Notes: generated by a model from the letters alone, not told the origin. A stretch of 64,000 nucleotides of DNA from an uncultured virus (IMG/VR IMGVR_UViG_3300001605_000029) (IMGVR_UViG_3300001605_000029:1-64000), one strand, 5' to 3'; numbered from the stretch's first letter, positions 46,312 to 58,302 are shown. Made by a program: numbers and translations.

Positions 46312-47132
46312 ACATTTCCCAATCCTACTCTACTATAACCTAACTTTGATTTAATTTCTTTACGGTCTGCTCTATTTTTCAATGTTCTACCTTGTGTGTA
46401 TGTTGGGTTTTCTTTAAGAAACTTATCTAATTCATCTGCTTGAAGTTTTACATTATCAACACCATTTGTCGCCCAACGATGACTCGAAGTAGCAGACGAT
46501 GCTTGCTTACGCTGTTCTTCACTCCTATGATAGGGATCATACTTAACTGGGGTAGATAACTTCTTATTGACTTCACTAATCAGTTGTTTCAACCCACTAT
46601 CGATTCTATTCTTCAACGTCATTTGACTAACACCGAGTTGTTCTTTGAGGACAGATTCAATCTCTTTTCTCAACAAATAATTTCCTTGTTTGTCGTTAGC
46701 AATACAAAACTGGACTACCGCATCAATTATCATATCCTTAGTAATGCTAGGTTTAGCGTTACTATTTTTCATACCTACTTGTAAATCTGATCGTAGTTTA
46801 CTAAGTTTTTTCATTCTTTTAGTTGAATATTTTTCAGTGGTGTTCCCACCGTCTCCGCCCTGAGTCATATTGTATCCATTTTTAAATGTATCAAACTGCT
46901 CAACATAAAAACACTCTTTCAGTTTTGCTTGTTCCTTTGTCTCTACTTCGCATAACTGTTCAGAAACAATATTTTCAGCACCATACTTGCGAATAGCACG
47001 ATGAAAATGTCGATCAGAACTATTTTGAGAATCTTCAATGTGCTCTAATAATCTGTCAGACATAGTTTTCTTTGTGTATCCTATATATTTCTTGCTGTTT
47101 AAAGTATGGCAGTAAACAATGTATTTCGTCAT
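46308..47132 (-). mobile_element. GIY-YIG homing endonuclease
   Basis: YIVY...KYIGYT, R..EH, GYNMTQGGDG. Confidence 0.88.
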
Positions 47133-47169
47133 AGTAATCTCCTACACTTATTTATGACTGAGATACTAT
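47131..47169 (-). promoter_or_regulatory. RBS-sequestering hairpin with late-promoter-like motif in loop
   Basis: ATAGTATCTC...ATAAATA...GAGATTACTAT covering GGAG and ATG. Confidence 0.65.
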
Positions 47170-47175
47170 TGCCTA

Positions 47176-48648
47176 CTATTTTATCTTCCTAATGTTGACA
47201 ATATCATTTGATTTTGTTTTCATAAACTCATCTACATTGGACTTTTTAACTCTAATCAACTTGCGTTCAGGATTCATTCGCTTGAAAGATTTTGTCGGAA
47301 GCAAAATTTCCAAACACAAATTTGACTGGTAAATTGTATGGTACTCAGGATCAAAAGGTCCTTGGTTCATTACATTATCAATGAATACGAGATATATTCG
47401 ACCCGTATCTGTGCGTTCCTTCAGTATACCACCCTTGAAAACTTCTTCGGCGCTCATGGTCTTTTTGCGTAGACCTTTTTGCCGTTCGTATTTTACGTAG
47501 AGTTGTTCAAACAATTCGGTATTGCTATAGAATGCTTCGTATAGATCGGGCACTTCATTGGGATCAAAGAATGTTATTTGTTCTTTGTTCTTGAATCGTC
47601 TCCAGAAGAAGGCGGATAAGACCACACCGTAGTCCATGTGTCGGACTCTAGTTTCGTCTGTACCTTGATTGTTCTTAAGCACAATAAGGTCATCAAACTG
47701 GTGATGCCAGATTGGATAAAAGACTGTAGCACTTGCATTACGGATACCACCTTGTGAACATGAACGTAGGTCACCGAACCATTTCTTTAAGAAGGGAATC
47801 ATGCCGGTGTGCATAATCTCACCTCCCCTAATAGGGGATCCCAATGGGCGTAGGCGTCCAATCTCTAAGCCAATACCAGCACGTTTGCTAGCATACTTTG
47901 CCATCATTTCACCAGATGCAAAGATACTATCCAAATCATCATCTGAACGTATAAGGACACAAGAGGAAAACTGTTTAGTAGGAGTACCGAGCCCAGCAAG
48001 TACAGGAGTAGCAAGAGTGAATAGCCCATCACTGGCAGCATTGTAATATTCCTTGATGTATTTCATTCGAGCACCATTAGGCTCTTCTTTATTCATAACA
48101 GTGGCCGCAGCTACCATATATCTAATTTGCGGTGTTTCGTAAGTTTGTTTAGTACTACGATTCTTAACTAGATATTTTTCAATCAATTGCTCAATAGCAG
48201 CATATGAGTATTCTTCATCTTTAGAATGATCCAACATATCATTCATCTTACTCCAATCGTCTTCGGTATACCATTCTAGTAGTTCACCAGTATACAATCC
48301 TGTAGCTACATTCTTTTTTACAATATCATATAGACTAGGCGGCGCATAATCACCATATACATCTTTGCGTAGCATACTCAATCTTTGCTTGCCGGCAACG
48401 TATTGATAATTAACATGTCCAATATCGGGATTGGATTCTACATCTATAAGGTCTACAATTGCTCTTAAAGTAATTTCATCTACTTCTCTAGTAGTAATAC
48501 CGTCATAAAAATGCGGCTGTGCTTTAATCTCAATCATCGACTGGCTAACGTCGGCAATTCCTTTGCAGACTTTGGCAATTTGCGCTTGCCATTTTTCAAT
48601 CATTAACGGTTCTTTTTTTCCCGATCTTTTTGTTACAACAATGGACAT
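47176..48648 (-). CDS. nrdA: Ribonucleotide reductase alpha subunit, N-terminal fragment
   Basis: ATP cone VTKRSG, QFSSCVL, QSNLCLEI. Confidence 0.95.
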   Translation of the reverse strand: MSIVVTKRSGKKEPLMIEKWQAQIAKVCKGIADVSQSMIEIKAQPHFYDGITTREVDEITLRAIVDLIDVESNPDIGHVNYQYVAGKQRLSMLRKDVYGDYAPPSLYDIVKKNVATGLYTGELLEWYTEDDWSKMNDMLDHSKDEEYSYAAIEQLIEKYLVKNRSTKQTYETPQIRYMVAAATVMNKEEPNGARMKYIKEYYNAASDGLFTLATPVLAGLGTPTKQFSSCVLIRSDDDLDSIFASGEMMAKYASKRAGIGLEIGRLRPLGSPIRGGEIMHTGMIPFLKKWFGDLRSCSQGGIRNASATVFYPIWHHQFDDLIVLKNNQGTDETRVRHMDYGVVLSAFFWRRFKNKEQITFFDPNEVPDLYEAFYSNTELFEQLYVKYERQKGLRKKTMSAEEVFKGGILKERTDTGRIYLVFIDNVMNQGPFDPEYHTIYQSNLCLEILLPTKSFKRMNPERKLIRVKKSNVDEFMKTKSNDIVNIRKIK

Positions 48649-48908
48649 CTATTCTCTCTATTATGTTTAGTTTGATATTTATTTTGTAGCGTCAGTAGCA
48701 TATATTTTGTTGAATTTGAGCGAAAGAAGGCGATTGCGGCCTAATGCAGCAGCATATTCTAAAATTAAATTATAACTATTGGACACCGAACGATATAAGT
48801 CTTTATTGTTCTTTTTGTTATTAGATGTCATATATATCTCGAAACTGTCCTCTATAAACCGACTAGTTAACTGTTAAGTATATAACATTGCTAATCTAAT
48901 TGCAAGAA

Positions 48909-50895
48909 TTAGACGCCGTAACTTACTGAATAAGAGATAGTACCATTTGCACCGCTTAGTGCAGGATTTCTATATTTTAGTATAATAGTTTCAACATTAC
49001 TATCATCGTCGAAATCAGCAACATCGGCTGAAAACTCAAAATTAGACATTAATGATCCTCCCGTTGATGTTGGTGTCGGTGATGAATATACGTAGTTGTC
49101 GGAAACCGCCACCGGTGATACATTATCGGCGCCGGCTAAGTCATCACCTACCGTAAGAGTTAGTTGTCCGGTCCTAGAATGTTTGTTCAACGGATCATTT
49201 CCTAAGTTTAAGAAATAATCAATTATTATAAATCTACTGTTTAAAGAAAATACAGATAATGCCCTTGGGGCATCACTGACTACTATTTCGGTATAGTTTC
49301 TATCTATAAGATTTGCATAACTAGCACCTTCAAATTCAACTATTCCGGGAGTAGTCGGATTCGAAATTTTAGCAATAGCCGACAATTGGTGTCGATTACT
49401 AAAACAATCGATTAACACGTTGTTGAATGATTCTCCAAATTTTACAATGGAAGTAATTGGATTAGCGGCATTGCCAGTACCGTTACCACAGTCTTTAAAC
49501 TGTGTTCTCAAAAATTTTGTACCAATACCGTAAGTGGAAATAAATGCTTGGCCAGCCAATTGTTCGAATTTACTGTCAACTATTAACCAATTGTTTCCTT
49601 GTCGTTTTCCGGTGAATTGATCTGGCTGCACGCCGCCTATGTAGATTCCTGTATCGGCTATAAAGAAATCGGAATTAATAATTTTAACTTCGGTATCAAA
49701 TACTAAAGATTGTTGACATTCAATGGCCAATCGAGTTTCGACAAATTTACAACTATCAAAAGTTAAATCTGAGGTTCTAGTTCCAAAAGATAGATTATTC
49801 CAAAATACCGATGCTTCAACATTCTCCGAACCGTCTGACAATTCGGCAGTAATTGGACTTATTGTTTCCGGACCCGTTAAGTTATCTACTTGGCTAATAA
49901 TTGTAAAGTTAGAAACGATGTCATTTGCAGTATCTTCTGTATAAATTGTGATAATTTTTAACGATACCTCATTAAAAGCCACTGCTCTAAAATTTGATTG
50001 AAATGTTGAATCAGCATTTAACTTACCGACTAGAGAAGCTAGTGTAGAAACAAATGTTCCCGAGAATGTTTCAGTAATCGATGCGGATATTCCCGAACCA
50101 GTGACTTGTATATTACCACCAGTAGTGACTACTGGATTAAAGTTATAAACTGCATTAGCATTTTCGGTTACAAAAACAGTATCACCGAGTTTATAATTAG
50201 ATCTCCAAGTTACCTGTCGGAAAGTGCAACCTCTACTGGCAGTGATTTCAGTTTGTCCAGTACTGTGATCTATTGTTAAATTTGAAATTTCTATATTGAA
50301 TGGAAAATCAGAGTCTGTAAAACTTTCATCTGTTCCGTTTTCGGATACAAAAACTATTTTATTGGTACCTATATCTAATATAGTTTCGAGTTGATTCTCA
50401 CCTCTAATGATAGCTCGACTTGGGATTCTTAAAGTTGATCGAATATTATAATTTCCGTTAGGAACAACTAATACTTTTTTAAACTGATCTTCAACACTAA
50501 CAAACAGATTATCTAGGGCTGCATTGAAGTATGGGGTCAAAATCTATATGCCCACTGCTGTCATCAGGTCTAATGTCGCGAGGAAGAAAATCAACCAGAC
50601 TAACCTGTATTTCGTCAATCTTGGATTGCAATGATCTGGGTATGCTTGAGAAGATACTAGGATTATTGGCAGCAAATTTATAACTGCTGGCTAAATCTAA
50701 AATATTATCATGTTCTGTTAATATTTTAGTATTGCCAACATAAGGAGCACCTTCGGTAATTGAGCCGTTACCAATAAACAGTTCTTGAGTATCAACTGCC
50801 CATGCAAATTCTGCTGAGCTCAATTGGGGGATATTACCAATAAGTAATTTTTGACCCCTTCTTACTTGTATTTTAGAAATTTGAATAACCGACAT
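48909..50895 (-). CDS. Virion structural protein with beta-helix (tail/baseplate-like), frameshifted near 50540
   Basis: KIQVRRG...PQLSSAEFAWAVDTQELFIGNG N-terminus; pectate-lyase-like repeats. Confidence 0.7.
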
Positions 50896-50931
50896 AGATT
50901 TACCCTTGTATAAGGTATTTATCTACTTTGG

Positions 50932-51661
50932 TTATTGTGTAAGTAGTTGCTTATAGCCCTGCAGACCGGTTGTATAGTATTCCTCTACCTTAGACAACCA
51001 TGCATCTTGCCATTTATTAAAATCTTTAGGTTCTAAAGTAAATTGTTGATATTCAAAATCTCTACTGCACATAAAGATAACACCTTTACGAATATCAGTG
51101 CCGTAAACTTCATTATGTGCTAATATATAGGCCATCAACTGTAGATAATAGTCTTCTACCCATTCTGCCTTCTTGGGCTTATTGGTCTGTTTATAGTCCA
51201 TTACTGCCGGCTCGCCTTCGTGTACACCCACAAGGTCAGTAGTACCAGAAAATAATCCCGGAAAATAAAGACTTTGTTCCATGGCCCATATTTCGTTTAC
51301 TCGATTTAGACCGTTTTCGATAATGACATCGGCCATTTTATGTGCTTGAACTTGAACAGGATGTTGTCCCGGCAATCTTTCTAAACCAGCACAGAATCTC
51401 TCTAAATTACCGTGCATGGCGGTTCCGATCCCGGCGGCTTCTGTAGTAATTTGTTGAGCCTTTTGTTCACCTACTACGTTTTTTCCATTCGTTCAAATGG
51501 GTCATGTCTTTGGTAGCACTAAGAATAGTGGTAACACTGGGCAAGCATTCGCCGTCGGGCGTTTGATAAACTCTTTTGCGTGTAATTGGGTCGTTGATTT
51601 GTTTGCAGCCTTTGTATTGAAATCTTTCAATAAAAGGAGGAGGTGTAAAAATAGTTGTCAT
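50932..51661 (-). CDS. PD-(D/E)XK exonuclease, frameshifted near 51475
   Basis: LPSVTTIL, GTAMH, GTTDLVG, DYKQ, QLMAY. Confidence 0.85.
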
Positions 51662-51711
51662 TCTGTATATATTACAGAATAAAAAAACCGGTGTCAACCC
51701 TGAACCGGTTT

Positions 51712-52317
51712 TTATTGTTGTGCCAGTTGTTGAGGTGCTGCTGATGCAGCTATCTGATCAACTTTTTCTTGACTGGTCTGTCCGTCTTGTGTAGCTTCTG
51801 GTTCTGTACCCGGAACATTTAGTTCAATACCATCCTGATTAAAATCTCTAACCAATGATTGGATCACTGGATTGCTGTCATAAAGAGATTTAAATGTTTC
51901 GTAATCGGCAGCAACTCCGGCACCAGTTCTAGTTAAGATTTGATTTAACGCATTCCAATTTAACCTAATGGGAGCTTTTGCACCGGCTTGGCGACCTATA
52001 TAGTTCTTAAGAACTATAATGACCTTGTCCATATTTTCTTTGCCGGAAAATTCAAAAAATCTCATAAGTTATTTTTGTTGTAGTGTTACTTTAGTGCCAG
52101 GTTTAATGTTGGCAGGTTTTGGCGGAGTGCCAGGGGCCGGAGCCTGTAGTGTATACTTACCGGCCGCATCTTGTCCTAGCTTCGGACTCTTGGGATTTTT
52201 CTTATCAATGGTAGTTCTAACACCGGTAGTTTTATCTACCAGTGTTGTCATCTTATCATCATCTTTTTCAATATCCAAGACAGCCTCAGCTTCTCTTAGA
52301 ATTTCATAGATTTTCAT
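51712..52317 (-). CDS. Two hypothetical, probably virion, proteins (51712-52065; 52069-52317)
   Basis: MRFFEF and MKIYEIL N-termini. Confidence 0.7.
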
Positions 52318-53708
52318 CCTGCCAATACCTTGAGTAGTCTGTTTTGATATTGAATGCTTTCGCGTTGCTCTCGACCGGCAGCTTCAGCACCGCCGGCTGC
52401 TGCATCGGCTGCTGCAAATTCGTCACCAAAGTCATCGGCTGCATCCATTTCTGGGGCTGCGGCATTCATCGCATCCGGTTCAGCAGCCATATCTGGTGCT
52501 GCGGCAGTAGGATCTGCACCCAACATCTCGGCACCTTGTTCCTCACCTGTTAGTGTACGAACTCCAGTAGCCAATGTTTCTCTAGTGTCTTTTAGATTCT
52601 GTAGAGCTTGTTGAATTGCGGGAGCAACAGTACTAATAAAAGTCTTTGCCAATTCCGAACTCATTTCGTCACGGATACTATCACCTAACTGTAATAGAGT
52701 GTCGTTCTCCATGCCAGAAAGTTCTTCAATCCAACGACCGACTCTGTCCACCATTGTTTTTGCGGTTACAATCGCAGACGCTTGCTGGATTTCGCCTTCT
52801 CTTAGTTTAGTCATGTTTTCTCCTGTTTCATTTGACTCTGATGTTTTTTTAGATATTCCTGTAACAGGTCGTCCTTGGGTATTTGCCCCAAGACCTGTTC
52901 TACTAGCTTTCATTCTGTCTCCACTACCGCCAATGTGCCTACTGGCCATGCTTGTTCCTGATCTACGAGGGCCTTTTTGTGGCTTTCCATATTGTATCTC
53001 ACCGCCCCTCTTTTGAAAATCAGCTACAGTTTCGGCGTCTTGCTCAGTTTGAACGGATTCGTTTTTTTCTTTGTTGTGTTGCTTCCATGCTGTGGCATAG
53101 GCAATACCTTTTTCTTTGTCTGTAACTTTGCCGTCATCTGCATATCCTTGCTTGATATGCTTGACCATACGCTCGCCTTTGGCTGTAGGTGGTGCTTCTT
53201 CCTCTACTGAATCTTCGGGTAGTTTACCTTTGGGACCTTTGATTTTGTAAGCATCGCCGTACTTGTCTTTTTCTTTATAGTCGCGGGCATCTTTGGCTAA
53301 TCCGCCCTTACCCATGGTTTTTTCTCTACGAGCCAACTCGTCGTGTCCTTGATCTCTAGGACCACGATCTTTCTTTGGTTCTGTATCATATTGGAAATAC
53401 TCGTTTTTTTGATCGGCTTCATCGTCGTCTTCTGTTACTTCAGCAACGAATTCTTCTCGTTCCATAATTTCGGCGTTGAGTGTATCTAACATGAACTGAG
53501 CTTTATGATAAGCATCGTTTTCTAAGTTTTCGTTAAATCCAGAATCTGATTTAATTTGACTTAATTGTGTTCTAATTTTGTTTCTTGCATCCTGTAACTG
53601 ATGTAGATCAAAATTTTCCAAGTTTAGCTTTTGTCCAAACGTTTTACTGAGACTTTCGTTTAGTCTGCTGGCTTGTTTATTAATTTTAAAAAGGTCTGTA
53701 GTTTTCAT
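52314..53708 (-). CDS. Acidic/charged probable head or scaffold protein
   Basis: Glu-rich low-complexity, GIAYATAWK motif, upstream ATAAATA. Confidence 0.65.
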   Translation of the reverse strand: MKTTDLFKINKQASRLNESLSKTFGQKLNLENFDLHQLQDARNKIRTQLSQIKSDSGFNENLENDAYHKAQFMLDTLNAEIMEREEFVAEVTEDDDEADQKNEYFQYDTEPKKDRGPRDQGHDELARREKTMGKGGLAKDARDYKEKDKYGDAYKIKGPKGKLPEDSVEEEAPPTAKGERMVKHIKQGYADDGKVTDKEKGIAYATAWKQHNKEKNESVQTEQDAETVADFQKRGGEIQYGKPQKGPRRSGTSMASRHIGGSGDRMKASRTGLGANTQGRPVTGISKKTSESNETGENMTKLREGEIQQASAIVTAKTMVDRVGRWIEELSGMENDTLLQLGDSIRDEMSSELAKTFISTVAPAIQQALQNLKDTRETLATGVRTLTGEEQGAEMLGADPTAAAPDMAAEPDAMNAAAPEMDAADDFGDEFAAADAAAGGAEAAGREQRESIQYQNRLLKVLAG

Positions 53709-53739
53709 AAATCGATTCCGACGAGTAATGTAGTATTTA

Positions 53740-55019
53740 TTAAGATTGAATCAATATGGTTACTGTTCGTTTGGCAATATCCGTTCTATTTTTACTTTCT
53801 TCGTATTTGGCCAGCAATATATCAGCTCGATTATAGTTGCCCATGTTTAATGCCTTATGATACTGCTGTTTTAGAAATTGCCAATCAGCAAACCATTGTC
53901 CGTACTCCTGATCAGCTTTATATATCCTATCGCATAGACCGCTGTTTTTATTCTTTGCCATGAGATTTGCCAACTTAATAGCAGCATCATTTAAACTAAC
54001 TTCACTGTAGACTAATCTATCTCGTTTCCATAGATTTTTTAAGTTTCCCTTGCTTTCGATTAGTACATCACCTACCAGAATTCCTCTTTCAACCTTAACT
54101 GGGAGAATTTGATCACGATCTGCTAATTTTCGTTGATGTGCGGTAACAAGCTGTTCAAAGCGTTTTGAAATTTCTGTCATTAAAAAAGGAACCTATGGTT
54201 CCTTATTTAAGTAAGGGTAGTTTACAGACCAAAGAACTTGATAATCATGGGGAAGTTTATTGCACCACTCCACCCAGCCCCCGCTACAAATGCTGCACCT
54301 ACAGCACTATACAGCATAAGCTTTTCTTTACTTTTTTCTATATCGGCCATCTTTTTAGCCAATTCATTGTGTTGAGTATTGGCTTCTTTCCTCATAGACG
54401 ATAGAGTTGCTTCGAGGCCGTCTCGTGTGCGGTCCAGGCAATCATGCATATCTTTAACACCGTCTTTTAATTCGTCAATCTTTTCGTCTACGTGATGTAC
54501 TTTAATTTCAAGTACACCTACTCTTTCTGCTACTGTTGGCATTTGGCCAGCTCCTTGATTAAGTTAAATTCCGTTAGAGAATGGCCTGAGAAAAATGCCT
54601 TGTTTGCCTGTATGATTTATTTATTCAAGTTACTTTAATTCGTTAACCCAAATATTGATGTTTGTTCCTTGAGTTTGAATTGCTGGTGGCACAATTTCTA
54701 CAGAATTGTCTAGATTATCAACGATGGGGACTCCGTGTAGATCTTCAATTAATAGTCCTACAGGATTGTTGTCGGAAAGAAATAGATCTTCTCGTTCGAC
54801 TTCAAATTCCCACAGCCAGTGGGTTGCTTTACTGTTATCAGGAAGTCGTCCATTTGATTTTATAGGATCTCGAGACCAAGTTACATTAGATCTCAATTCG
54901 ATAGCTTGTCGTAGGCTGTTGAAGTTGCTTTGTTGTTTTTGTTCATGTGCAGTGCCCGTTGATTTTGTGGCACCGGTTCTGGTAATGTCGATTAACGTGG
55001 TAATTTGATATCTTGGCAT
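53740..55019 (-). CDS. Three hypothetical proteins (53740-54180; 54222-54542 coiled coil plus C-terminal TM; 54630-55019)
   Basis: ORFs each preceded by TAAATA-like motif. Confidence 0.7.
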
Positions 55020-55090
55020 AATATGCTACTATTTATAGCCAATAAAAAAGGCGGAATAAATCCGCCTTAGTCTTCCCATCTCGAGAAAGA

Positions 55091-55480
55091 TTATAGTGCT
55101 GGTGTAAACACTGCAACAGTCGCGAATGTAGTATCGCCAAGTGTTGTTAAGTTTGGTGTACCTGTACCTTGTAGGCGGAAGTAAACAACGTCAGTTGTAC
55201 CGCTTACAAATGCTGTGCCATTGGCTGTTCCGATTGCGGCTACTGTGAAAGCATCTGGACCATTACTATCCGAACCAGTACCGTCACCACCAGCCAATGT
55301 TAGCTGATTACGAGCTGCGGTTAATTCAGCATCAGTCATGTCTGTGTTAGATACGCTAACGATCAACTCACGACCTACGTCGGCTTGGTTGATAACGTGC
55401 TTACCAAAGTTAGTAGTCAATGTTGCAACTGTTGAACCAGCGTTGCTTACTGTTTGTGCGAATGAACTTAGATCTGCCAT
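55091..55480 (-). CDS. Probable abundant virion structural protein
   Basis: Ala/Thr/Gly-rich, strong RBS AAGGAG, own promoter motif and terminator (55044-55068). Confidence 0.65.
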   Translation of the reverse strand: MADLSSFAQTVSNAGSTVATLTTNFGKHVINQADVGRELIVSVSNTDMTDAELTAARNQLTLAGGDGTGSDSNGPDAFTVAAIGTANGTAFVSGTTDVVYFRLQGTGTPNLTTLGDTTFATVAVFTPAL

Positions 55481-55564
55481 GATATTTTCTCCTTAATCAT
55501 ATGGTCTCGCTCAGAGACCGGCATAGTATTTATTCAATTTGAAAAAAATTAGTCTAATACTGCA

Positions 55565-56682
55565 TTAATCAGGTCGAAATGGAGTCCAACGATCGCGGGG
55601 TACTAACTTCACTGAATCTCGGCCCTTAACATAACCTTCGCCGCCGGGCTTGCCGTCAGTAGTGGCAGTTATATCGCCTATAGCAGCGTCTAATTCACGG
55701 ATAATTTCATCTTTAGCTTTCATCAACTCTACTACTAGGGCAAACATAGCATCCATAGTTCCCTGATAGGTATCGTTTAAACCCGCAATCTTTTGTTGCT
55801 GTCCGGTACTGACTTTGCTACCGGGTAACCATTCAAAGAACGTTTGACTATTAATTTTGTCCAAAGCTTTGGCCTTGCTTTGATTGTTGACAAAAGTGTA
55901 AATGATGTTTCGCAACCCGCTAAGACCCGGTATCGGGCTTAGAAGTTTATCTATGTTGGCAGTGTGTTGATTAGCTAACTTTTCAATGACTGCTAAATTG
56001 TCTGCATCAACAGCAGGTTTGGTACTGACATAGGTTAACCCAAATACTGCTAGTTCTGGGTTAGCTGCAAATGTTTCGGGATTTTCAAACGGCTCACCAC
56101 GTCCATCACCAAAGTATTCATATGCTTGAATTGCTGCCACAGCAATCTTGGCCTTGGCCAATTTACGACCAACTTCACTACTGCCCCTTACAGAATAAGT
56201 AGTTTGATTTGGAGTGAACGTTATTCTTCCATCAGCGCCTTGATAGGGCTTGCCCGGATGAAATAAAATATCACCATAAACATATCCACGAAAGTCTTGG
56301 GGTGTTGCTTTTTCAAATATGGGCCACATTGATGCCATGTCAGAAGCAAACTTCTCACGCCAATCTTCTCCCTTGCCCCGACTCATGATGAATTGTTTAA
56401 GATCTTCTGGACTGCTGCTCTTGCCTTCTTCACGCCCCCTAGTTGTTCTTGCCCACCATACGGAAGGTACCGTCTTCGTCAACGACCCCAATAGACTGTA
56501 GGGTTACCATCCCACTTGATAGTAACATCGCTGGCATCTTGGCTTATATTCTTTAGAACGTTTACAGNCCGCATTGCACCTTTAGGTTCTGTAAACACTA
56601 GATCTTCGAGGTGGTTAAATTCTCTACCTACTTTTTTAGGAGCAGGTGCCTCGGCCTCTGTAAGAAATTCAAATGCTCTCAT
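55565..56682 (-). CDS. Ligase-like nucleotidyltransferase (DUF6267-like), frameshifted
   Basis: NHLEDL, TIKWDG (KxDG), GEGYV, VKLV motifs. Confidence 0.65.
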
Positions 56683-57131
56683 GCTTCTTTTTTTAATCTA
56701 GAAATAAAATTCTTTTGACGGTTAATGTTTTGTGGTTGTCCGATGCCAATGTCGTCGTGGCTGAATACTCCGTAGAGTTTGATCGTTGTAGGATTACGAC
56801 CTTCTATGGTGTAGAATAGGCTTAGGTCTGAATTCAGATGAGTGTAGCGCATTTTAGAAAATGCCTTTCCAATAGGACCATTTCCACCAAATGGTTTATC
56901 TTTACCACCAAATGGCTGCATAGGATCGCGAGATTTGGTTGTTACAAAGTCTTCGAGCTTGTTCTGTAGATTAGGCATCATTGCTGTTCTTTTCTGTACA
57001 GTTTCATCAAAGATACTGCTTTTTAAAAATTGAACACTGTCTCCAGCTTCAACAATAGACCATTTTCCCTGTTCTGCAATCTGAAGTTGCTCTAGAACAG
57101 TGTCGGCGGCGACAAACTCAAAAGCTCTCAT
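56679..57131 (-). CDS. YafQ/RelE-like RNase
   Basis: KDKPF.G...RYTHLNSDLSLFY...LYGVFSHDD. Confidence 0.62.
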   Translation of the reverse strand: MRAFEFVAADTVLEQLQIAEQGKWSIVEAGDSVQFLKSSIFDETVQKRTAMMPNLQNKLEDFVTTKSRDPMQPFGGKDKPFGGNGPIGKAFSKMRYTHLNSDLSLFYTIEGRNPTTIKLYGVFSHDDIGIGQPQNINRQKNFISRLKKEA

Positions 57132-57898
57132 TTTGTAATTTCAATCATCTTTCGGAACCAAGCACCTGTTCCGGGAGTATAACTTTCCAGTTGATTTGCT
57201 ATGGGCAATTCAACTCCTTCTTTTTTCAAGGTTTCTCTAGCATCGGCCACTAGATCATCGTAGTTGGGCAATCTAATAACATAGTCAATAATAGATTCGG
57301 GATCTTCTAGATTTTTAGCAGTGGCCGATTGCCCCAATAATTTTTTGGCAATTTCGTTAGGGTCTTTAGTAATGATTTCGTTTGTTTCACGATTCATTAA
57401 TCCATTCTGGAAACTCCATTTCATTCCCCGTGCTTTGGCAATACTGGCTAGGATAATGTGTCTATGACTGCCTTTTAGTTCACTACCTTCTCGTCCCCCG
57501 GTCATACTCCACTTCATCCAGTCTCGTTCACCAAACATAAAGTCAGCTTGAACATAACCATTAACGGCATCGCCGCCTATGGGTGTTTTGAAGTGTACAC
57601 TAATTCCAGATTTTTTAATCCAATCTTTAGGATCACCGCCCTGCTTTTCAATATAGCTGGCCAACTTGTTTGCAAATTCGTTCTTATCAACTTCATTGGC
57701 ATCGATAGCCAGATCCAAGTCACCACTGGATGATTTCTTTCCAGTTGTGCCCAGCATAAAATCTGTTAGCTCTAGCCCTGTAATATTCTCTAACCACTGT
57801 ACTGTGGGCAGTACATCGGCCTTGTTTATTCTTTTAGTTAAGATAGTTCCGGCTTCATCTTTAAATGCATTGCCGCCTTCTTTTAACAGTTTATTCAT
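57128..57898 (-). CDS. Pol-beta-like nucleotidyltransferase
   Basis: LGTTGKK..SGDLDLAID, VQADFM. Confidence 0.7.
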   Translation of the reverse strand: MNKLLKEGGNAFKDEAGTILTKRINKADVLPTVQWLENITGLELTDFMLGTTGKKSSSGDLDLAIDANEVDKNEFANKLASYIEKQGGDPKDWIKKSGISVHFKTPIGGDAVNGYVQADFMFGERDWMKWSMTGGREGSELKGSHRHIILASIAKARGMKWSFQNGLMNRETNEIITKDPNEIAKKLLGQSATAKNLEDPESIIDYVIRLPNYDDLVADARETLKKEGVELPIANQLESYTPGTGAWFRKMIEITK

Positions 57899-58175
57899 TT
57901 TTGTCTTCGTCCAGTTTGCGCTTTTGTTTACGAGATTCGGCTATTTTTCGAATACCCCGAGTAAACTTAGCTGTGTCCTGCCCCTTAATGGCATTGATGA
58001 AACGGCGCTCCAATTCGTCTGCTTCCTCTGGAGTATAACTGCTGTGTATACTTTCCAAAAGATTGATAGCCGAATTAATGATGTTAGTAGCTCTACTTTC
58101 GTATAGACTGTCTTTATTGCGAACATCAGCAATTTCGTTTAATTCTTGTAATATTGATCTAGTACGTAGTTTCAT
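57891..58175 (-). CDS. Hypothetical protein
   Basis: 94-aa helical ORF. Confidence 0.75.
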   Translation of the reverse strand: MKLRTRSILQELNEIADVRNKDSLYESRATNIINSAINLLESIHSSYTPEEADELERRFINAIKGQDTAKFTRGIRKIAESRKQKRKLDEDKNE

Positions 58176-58302
58176 TTAATCGTTCCGATTGTGTATTTAC
58201 CGGTTTTATAGCTAATAACTTTTCTAGTGTAATGTGCGATTGCAGCATAAATATATGTATCAGTAGAAACCATGAGTACTACGGACACATAAAGGACACA
58301 CA

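Noticed and set aside
45672..47290. Split intein or group I intron in nrdA
   Set aside because: No intein N-terminal block or His-Asn end at the fragment termini, and the insert is filled with coupled ORFs leaving no room for an intron core.
50932..51661. Cas4 as CRISPR evidence
   Set aside because: PD-(D/E)XK phage exonuclease without an evident four-Cys Fe-S set or CRISPR context.
11306..56682. Frameshifts in the S11 peptidase, FecR, csgF, dnaK, structural gene, exonuclease and ligase-like gene as programmed frameshifting or pseudogenes
   Set aside because: Numerous, some beside N bases or homopolymers, with intact motifs on both sides; assembly error is simpler. Raw reads would decide.
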